Shown: piece by piece, positions 58,102 through 64,000 of the stretch
Numbering within the stretch: position 1 is the first letter of the stretch
Layout: the number at the start of each line of letters is the position of its first letter
Program-made: the position numbers and the translations under genes
Assembly: GCA_040389905.1 (NCBI GenBank)
Contig: JAZJZK010000008.1
Location: 1 to 64,000, forward strand
Length of the DNA stretch: 64,000 nt
Direction of reading: 5' to 3'
Origin: Gemmatimonadota bacterium
GTDB lineage: Bacteria > Gemmatimonadota > Gemmatimonadetes > Gemmatimonadales > Gemmatimonadaceae
The notes under the pieces: model-generated
The model's input: the letters and a program-made list of their open reading frames with translations, nothing else
The model's database searches: none
Told to the model about the DNA's origin: nothing

Positions 58102-59175
58102 CTATGCCCTTCGTAGATCGATCTCGAACGAGAAGCGTGTACCGGTCTCCGGGGTCGAGTCCACCTGCAGCGTCGATCCCATCGATCCCAGAAAGTCCTG
58201 ACAGATAGCGAGCCCCAGACCGGCATTCGAAAAGCGAATGCCCGAGGCGCTTGGCCGAAAACCGTCGAACAGCATGCCCATGACGCTGGGAGGAATGCCC
58301 TGGCCGGTATCCGACACCCAGAAGGACATGCGCGTCTCGCTCAGCTCCGTCGCGCCGATAGTGACTGAACCCTCATTCGTGTACTTGAGGGCATTCGTCA
58401 TGAGATTGAGCAACACTCGCCCGAGCGCTCCCGGGTAGCCGATCCGGCCATCGACTGCCGGCAAAATGTGCGTGATCGGCAGCCCCTTTTCCTCACTGAT
58501 CGGCCGGACGGTGTCGCAGACGCCGAGCATGACTTCGGCAACGGAGAAGGGAATCGGTCGGCCGTCGACGAGCCGCTGACCGCCCCGGACTGCGTCGATG
58601 ACGTCGCACGCGAGCGTATTGAGGCCGAGCGCCGCGCCGTAGATCAATCCGAGTTGACGTTCCTGTACCGTGGTGACAGGCCCGCTCCGGCCGCGGCGGA
58701 GCGTTTCAACGAGGAAGAGAATCGAGGTCAGCGGCGATCGCATGTCGTGCGCGATCTCGACGACCGCGTTGACCGACTGCGAGCTCGAGAGATGGCGCGT
58801 GAACTCGTTGGGTCGATCGTTGCCGTGCGGTGATTCCACCGCGTCAAGCGCGGTGATGAGTGCGGCGAGCTCAGCAGCGCCAACCGCTCCACCTTCTTGA
58901 ATAACGACGCTCAACAGGGCACGGCGCAGGGCTGCCGCATAGTGACGCGGGACGGCGGGGCGAGACATCGCTTGTGTCTCGCCGAAGTCCATGCTCGACA
59001 ACTCCCCGGTGACTGCCAGGCCGAGGAGCACGAGCCGGGTCAACTGTTCCCGTACGTCCGGCAGCGGAGTCCCATCGGTGCTCGATAGCTCCGCCGTCGC
59101 GCGGTCTGCCGCGAGATGGAGCAAGTCGTGCAGCGACGGGCTGACGATGTCGGCCGCGATATGCGTAGAAGGCAA
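58102..59175 (-). CDS. Cytoplasmic histidine kinase
   Basis: AHDMRSPL, NLMTNALKY, DTGQG, GLGLAI; no TM segment. Confidence 0.92.
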   Translation of the reverse strand: MPSTHIAADIVSPSLHDLLHLAADRATAELSSTDGTPLPDVREQLTRLVLLGLAVTGELSSMDFGETQAMSRPAVPRHYAAALRRALLSVVIQEGGAVGAAELAALITALDAVESPHGNDRPNEFTRHLSSSQSVNAVVEIAHDMRSPLTSILFLVETLRRGRSGPVTTVQERQLGLIYGAALGLNTLACDVIDAVRGGQRLVDGRPIPFSVAEVMLGVCDTVRPISEEKGLPITHILPAVDGRIGYPGALGRVLLNLMTNALKYTNEGSVTIGATELSETRMSFWVSDTGQGIPPSVMGMLFDGFRPSASGIRFSNAGLGLAICQDFLGSMGSTLQVDSTPETGTRFSFEIDLRRA

Positions 59176-59291
59176 CCGCTTTCGGATGCGTGACAGGTAG
59201 GATTCTGCTGCCTTTGGGCCATCCGTCGAGAACGTATCGGAGGGGCCGAAGGGATTGAACTTGGGAAGGCTATAACGTACTGCGCGAGGAG

Positions 59292-60866
59292 CTAGAGCGT
59301 GAGCGTTTCATTCGCGTCACGCCTGAACCCATGCCGCTCGAGCAGGCGGTACAGCGTTGTCCGATCGACGCTCGCCAGCCGCGCGGCGCGCGACATGTTT
59401 CCTGCGGCACGCGACACGAGACGCGTCACGTACTCCTTCTCGAAGGACGCAAGAACCTGCTCCTTCGCAACGTGATAGGCGTCGTGCATCGGCACGCCGA
59501 CGGTGATGGATGGGTCGCTGAACGAATCATCCTGCCCCATGGGAATGTCCTCCGGGACGATCAGGCTCCCGGGGGCGGTGAGGACGACGAGGTGCTCCAC
59601 CACATTCTGCAGTTCGCGCACATTGCCGCGCCACGACCTGCCCTGGAGAAACTCGATCGCTTCCGGGCTGAAGGTGGGCAACTCGTCGCGCGAGGTATGA
59701 TGCCGCTTCCAGAAATGCGCGAGGAAGTGGTTCGCGAGGATCGCAATATCCTCAATGCGTGAGCGAAGAGGCGGGAGCGCAATCGACACCACGTTCAGGC
59801 GGTAATACAGATCCTCACGCAGGTGCTTGCTCTGAATCGCCAGGCGCGGATCCCGATTGGTGGCGGAGATGAAGCGGATGTCCACCTGGGCATCCTGCTG
59901 CTCGCTGCCGACACGCCGCACCACCCCATCCTGAACGACGCGCAACAGCTTCGCCTGAAGCGGCAGCGCCATCTCGGTGAGCTCGTCGAGGAAGAATGTG
60001 CCTCCATGTGCCGCCTCGAGGAGGCCGGTCTTCTCGCGATCGGCACCCGTAAACGCGCCCTTGCGATGACCGAACATTTCCGACTCGAGGAGATGCTCCG
60101 GCATGGCCGCGCAGTTGATCGGGACCAGTGCCTCCCCGGAGCGCCGGCTGTGCCGGTGAATGAACTGCGCGAACATTTCCTTGCCCGTTCCGCTCTCGCC
60201 CACGAGCATCACGGAGGCGTTCGTCGCCGCCACCTTGCGCGCGAGCTCGACCGCCGTCCGAAAGGCGGGAGAGACGCCGAGCAACGTGATCTGATCGCTG
60301 TTGCCGTGCGCCGGAACGAGATCCGACGCGGACTCCGTCGCAGCGCGATTGGTGAGCACCGCGTGGGCCGCGCGACCGAACATGAGGTGCAGGTGCGTCC
60401 CCGAAAAGGGCTTGGGCAGATAGTCCCAGGCTCCGATGCGCATGGCCTCGAGGCTGGACGCGACGCTGGGATTGCCGGTCATCACGATGACGATCGTGTT
60501 CGGCTGCGCCTCCAGGACGGCCTTGAGGATCTCGATCCCGGGGACGGGCGTCATGTAGAGATCGACCAGCACAATATCGAAACGAGAGCGACGGAAGAGC
60601 TCGATCGCTTCATCGCCGCGTCCACTCGAGGCGACATTGTACCCCTCGACCTGCAGGACGCTCGCGCACCCCTCTCGCAGGATCCTGTCGTCGTCCACGA
60701 CGAGCACCCGAATTGACGCCCGGGCTTCCATCGGAACCATTGCGGTATCCGGAATCTGTGTCTCACCAACTGGGACGCGGAGCGAGACCGCTGAGTCCGT
60801 CAAACGTGAGACGACATCCACCTCGCTACTCCGGAGGGGCCCGGAACTGCTATTACTGATCGGCAT
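59292..60866 (-). CDS. sigma54-dependent NtrC-family enhancer-binding response regulator
   Basis: REC domain, GESGTGKE, GAFTGA, FLDE, RGNVRELQN, Fis-type HTH; start uncertain. Confidence 0.96.
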   Translation of the reverse strand: MPISNSSSGPLRSSEVDVVSRLTDSAVSLRVPVGETQIPDTAMVPMEARASIRVLVVDDDRILREGCASVLQVEGYNVASSGRGDEAIELFRRSRFDIVLVDLYMTPVPGIEILKAVLEAQPNTIVIVMTGNPSVASSLEAMRIGAWDYLPKPFSGTHLHLMFGRAAHAVLTNRAATESASDLVPAHGNSDQITLLGVSPAFRTAVELARKVAATNASVMLVGESGTGKEMFAQFIHRHSRRSGEALVPINCAAMPEHLLESEMFGHRKGAFTGADREKTGLLEAAHGGTFFLDELTEMALPLQAKLLRVVQDGVVRRVGSEQQDAQVDIRFISATNRDPRLAIQSKHLREDLYYRLNVVSIALPPLRSRIEDIAILANHFLAHFWKRHHTSRDELPTFSPEAIEFLQGRSWRGNVRELQNVVEHLVVLTAPGSLIVPEDIPMGQDDSFSDPSITVGVPMHDAYHVAKEQVLASFEKEYVTRLVSRAAGNMSRAARLASVDRTTLYRLLERHGFRRDANETLTL

Positions 60867-61105
60867 TTCGTGTCCCGACGTCGGGGGGAATGCGGTGCGA
60901 GCCGTGTGAGCGCCAGTGTTGCTTGTCCACAACAACAATAGTAGGTGTCGCGCGTCACCAACGTCCCATGCCAGAGCCAAAATGTCAAGGAAATCCCCTG
61001 AATTGGCCTAAATCTACAAAAAAAGTCCGCGACCAAGTGATTGATCGCGGACCACGCGACTAGCATCAGGACGACTCTGTTGCGATGCCGCAACAGCTGG
61101 CCTGA

Positions 61106-62044
61106 TCAGCTCACGGGCAACTCGCTGAAGCTGAAGGCACCACTCGAGCGCTTTCCCTCCATCTGTTTCTGCGTGTGGGTCAGGGCGGCCTTGGCCCGGC
61201 GAACCACCTCATTGGCATCGACCCCTGCCGCGCTGAAATCAGGTACCGCGTAGTATCCCGCGTGCAGTCCGGCATACGGCTGCTCCATTTCGAGATTCGA
61301 CGAGGTCTTCGTCACCGCACGCGTGAGCCTGTCGACGAACAGTCGCGCGCCTTGCTCATCCGTATCGGGCGCCAGGATCGCGAAACGGCTCTCTCCGACG
61401 TATCCGATGACGTCCGACTTGCGGCTCTGTGCCCGACAGACGTCCGCCATGTACGTCAACTCGGCGCTCGCGGGCTTGTTGGTGTACCCGTCCGCCACGG
61501 CATTCGAGGTGACGGCGACACACGCGAACGGTTCATGCTTCCGCGATGCCCGTGCACCAAGCTGCTCCGCCCACTGTTGAAGCCCGTACACGCTGTACAG
61601 GCCGGTCAACGGATCGATCAGCGAGGACGCTTGGACATCCTCCAACCGCCGCCGAGCGCGTACGTAGGTGCTCATCTTGAGCAGCAGCGTTTCGATATCG
61701 AGTGGCTGGCTACAGAAGTCCCACGCTCCCGCCTCGTAGGCGGCGAGACGGACGCGGTTCGACGCCGGCGCGGGCGAGGTGACGATTACCGGGATGGAAT
61801 GATCGAAAAGTGGGTCGTCCCGCAGCGCACGACACACCTCGACGCCGCCCATTTCGGAGAGCGAATCATCGAGGAGGATGGCGTCTGGATTGACGCGTCT
61901 CGCGAGGTCGAGTGCGCGGCGGCCACCCGCCACACGCAGGACCGTGAATCCGTTCAACTCGAGCACACTCTCGACGGAACGGCCGACCCATTCGCCATGG
62001 CTGGCGATGAGTACGAGCATTGGGCGCTTGGAAAGTTCAACCAT
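61106..62044 (-). CDS. Receiver plus degenerate GGDEF protein
   Basis: DPLTGLY; VGESRF in place of GGDEF; IASHG in place of the acidic pocket. Confidence 0.85.
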   Translation of the reverse strand: MVELSKRPMLVLIASHGEWVGRSVESVLELNGFTVLRVAGGRRALDLARRVNPDAILLDDSLSEMGGVEVCRALRDDPLFDHSIPVIVTSPAPASNRVRLAAYEAGAWDFCSQPLDIETLLLKMSTYVRARRRLEDVQASSLIDPLTGLYSVYGLQQWAEQLGARASRKHEPFACVAVTSNAVADGYTNKPASAELTYMADVCRAQSRKSDVIGYVGESRFAILAPDTDEQGARLFVDRLTRAVTKTSSNLEMEQPYAGLHAGYYAVPDFSAAGVDANEVVRRAKAALTHTQKQMEGKRSSGAFSFSELPVS

Positions 62045-62095
62045 GGTCGGACACGTTGAGACAGGTGGTGACGATGACTACCAACGAACGAAGTA

Positions 62096-63169
62096 CTAAT
62101 GAGGTGCCGTGACGAGTGATTCCGACGACAGATACTGCGTCGCGTACCAATGCAACGCTTCGCGCAGGCCATCCGCCGTCGAGCGAAGCGGTTCGTACCC
62201 AAGGGAATGGCGCGCCTTGCTGATGTCCGCCACGGACCGGCGAATGTCACCGAGGCGCTCCGGTGCATAGGACGGCGTTGCGTTGGCGACCACAGGATGT
62301 ACGGCCGCGAGTCCGTCGCGGATGATGTAGAACAGCTCGTTGAGCGTGGTTTCCGCGCCACAGGCGATGTTGTATGCCTGCGACGTGACCACTGGGTCCG
62401 GCGCCGTTGCCGCCAACACATTCGCCTGCACGACGTTGGCGACGTAACAGAAATCTCGGCTCGCACCACCATCGCCGAATACTTCGCAGGGTTGCTCGCT
62501 GAGCAGCTTCGCGGTCCAGCGCGGAATCACGGCGGCATAAGCGCCCTCCGGATCCTGCCGGCGACCGAAAATGTTGTAGTAGCGAAGACCCACCGTTTCG
62601 AGTCCGTAGCTCCGCTGGAAGGCGGCCGCATAGAGCTCATTCGCCGCCTTCGACGCCGCATATGGCGACAAGACCATTCCGGTGTCGTGCTCGACCTGCG
62701 GGACGGTCGCCGCGTCACCATAGACGGCGCTGGAGGATGCATACACCACACGTTGCGCTGACGCATCACGTGCGGCGAGCATCACGTTGAGAAATCCGTC
62801 CACGTTCACCTGGCAGCTCGTCAACGGATCGACCAGAGACTCCGGCACGGACGCAAGCGCCGCATGGTGTAGTACGTAGTCCACACCGTCCGCCGCCTTC
62901 CGGCAGATCGCCGTGTCGCGAATGTCACCCTCGACAAAGGAAAACACGCCGGACGCGCCTGCGGTCGCGGCGACTACGTCATCCAGATTGGCGCGATGGC
63001 CCGTGGAGAAGTTGTCGAGACCGACCACGCGCTGACCGAGCGCGACGAGCTCCTCAACCAGATTCGACCCAATGAAGCCCGCAGCACCCGTCACCAGCCA
63101 GACCTTCGGCGAGGCGATGAGCTCGCTACGCACAAGGTCGTATCGAGTTGGATTGGGTGGCTGACTCAT
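62096..63169 (-). CDS. NAD-dependent nucleotide-sugar epimerase (WbpP-like UDP-GlcNAc 4-epimerase)
   Basis: WLVTGAAGFIGSNL, YAASK, LRYYNIFGRRQDPEGAYAAVIP. Confidence 0.92.
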   Translation of the reverse strand: MSQPPNPTRYDLVRSELIASPKVWLVTGAAGFIGSNLVEELVALGQRVVGLDNFSTGHRANLDDVVAATAGASGVFSFVEGDIRDTAICRKAADGVDYVLHHAALASVPESLVDPLTSCQVNVDGFLNVMLAARDASAQRVVYASSSAVYGDAATVPQVEHDTGMVLSPYAASKAANELYAAAFQRSYGLETVGLRYYNIFGRRQDPEGAYAAVIPRWTAKLLSEQPCEVFGDGGASRDFCYVANVVQANVLAATAPDPVVTSQAYNIACGAETTLNELFYIIRDGLAAVHPVVANATPSYAPERLGDIRRSVADISKARHSLGYEPLRSTADGLREALHWYATQYLSSESLVTAPH

Positions 63170-63209
63170 GGTTGGTCGCTGGAAGATGCAAATTGCCAAC
63201 ACCGCATCG

Positions 63210-63361
63210 GGCATCTTCCATTCCCCACGAGTGCCCTTGATGACAAAGCGGCTAACATGTTGACAAATAACAACTTGCGAAATATTGCGTCCGCTCACTC
63301 CCGTGAGCCATGTCACAGAAGTGTCGCAGCTATCCCGCACATTTGTCGCCTAGATGCCGCA
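63210..63361 (-). promoter_or_regulatory. Putative sigma54 promoter module of the epimerase/signalling unit
   Basis: Two TGTCG-N8-CCGCA sites (63322, 63344); box at 63254-63276; GGGAATGGAAGATGCC (63225-63210). Confidence 0.6.
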
Positions 63362-63507
63362 AATAGCCACTGTGGGCCAGAGCGGGGCCCAAGCTTCAAC
63401 TTCACCGTTCAAGTGGTTGCCCGAGCCCCGTGGCCAGGGGCACCAGGTTCGCCGTCGGCGGCTCGACGCAACAAACAGTCGCTCAATCCGCGTTCATTAA
63501 ACAGCGC

Positions 63508-64000
63508 TTACGGTGTTAGGGAGAGCTGAAACCCAACACTCCGAGACCGGGGAAGCTGTCCAAGCTCTGCCCCGCGATACGTCGACGTGCTGAGGATCGT
63601 TTCCGGGTCGATGTTCGCAGCCGGCGTCCACATCGCCAGATTACGGCCGATAAAGGAGAGTCGAATACTCTGCGCCCGTAGCGCCTCGAAGAATCGCAAC
63701 GGGAGCGCATAGCTCAACCGGAACTCACGCAGCTTTACGAAGCTCGCGTCGTAAATCCACCGCTCCGAGATGCTCCCGAGGGCATGGTAGTAATCCTCGG
63801 TCGTGGCGTGGGTTGTGTTGGGCCGTCCCGTCACCACGTCGAGCCCCACGATCAGCAGCCCCGTGTCGGGGCGAAAGGCCGTTTCCTCCAGCACACCTGA
63901 GTAGGCGCCGGCGCGGTTACTGGCACTATAAATCTTCCCGCCGTGATGCGCATCGAGGAGCAGGCTCACCTCCGCCCCCTTGAAGCGAAGCGATGACGAG
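63508..64000 (-). CDS. SusC/RagA-like TonB-dependent receptor, C-terminal part (5' end outside window)
   Basis: YDASFVKLREFRLSY, IGRNL, IDPE, LPRSRSVGFQLSLTP. Confidence 0.88.
   Translation of the reverse strand, partial: SSSLRFKGAEVSLLLDAHHGGKIYSASNRAGAYSGVLEETAFRPDTGLLIVGLDVVTGRPNTTHATTEDYYHALGSISERWIYDASFVKLREFRLSYALPLRFFEALRAQSIRLSFIGRNLAMWTPAANIDPETILSTSTYRGAELGQLPRSRSVGFQLSLTP

Noticed and set aside
60955..60975. sigma54 -24/-12 site for the bEBP gene (TGGCATGGGACGTTGG)
   Set aside because: Good -24 half, but no GC at the required 10-nt spacing

Overview
GC-rich bacterial chromosomal segment. Gemmatimonadota is an inference from the gene style: SusC-like receptor, carboxypeptidase-regulatory-domain proteins, several PEP-CTERM proteins and secreted peptidases. 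About 50 genes: RND permease, gltB with a divergent LysR, three dispersed PEP-CTERM proteins, GH20, an aroF-chorismate mutase-tyrA operon, peptidases, an ATP-grasp plus LLM monooxygenase operon, a diguanylate cyclase, a serA-FAD oxidoreductase-serB-aminotransferase operon, P5C dehydrogenase, nfo, sdpR/sdpI-like genes, an H1-like/SWIB protein, lepB and a sigma54 signalling cluster. No rRNA, tRNA, CRISPR or transposase was seen. The most interesting signals are intergenic and below the ORF-track size cut-off. (1) A leaderless 28-aa Cys/Met-rich leader peptide with antiterminator and terminator in front of the ATP-grasp/LLM organosulfur operon. (2) A Tyr/Phe leader-peptide attenuator of the same design in front of aroF. 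(3) A shared three-part sigma54 promoter (TGTNG-N8-CNRCA enhancer, 23-bp IHF-like box, -24/-12 site) upstream of all three PEP-CTERM genes and a nucleotide-sugar epimerase, with a candidate cognate activator in the window. (4) Several nested palindromic repeat/MITE families, one copy translated inside the GltB propeptide. (5) A roughly 200-nt candidate structured RNA. All functional calls are by eye from motifs; no database searches were run.
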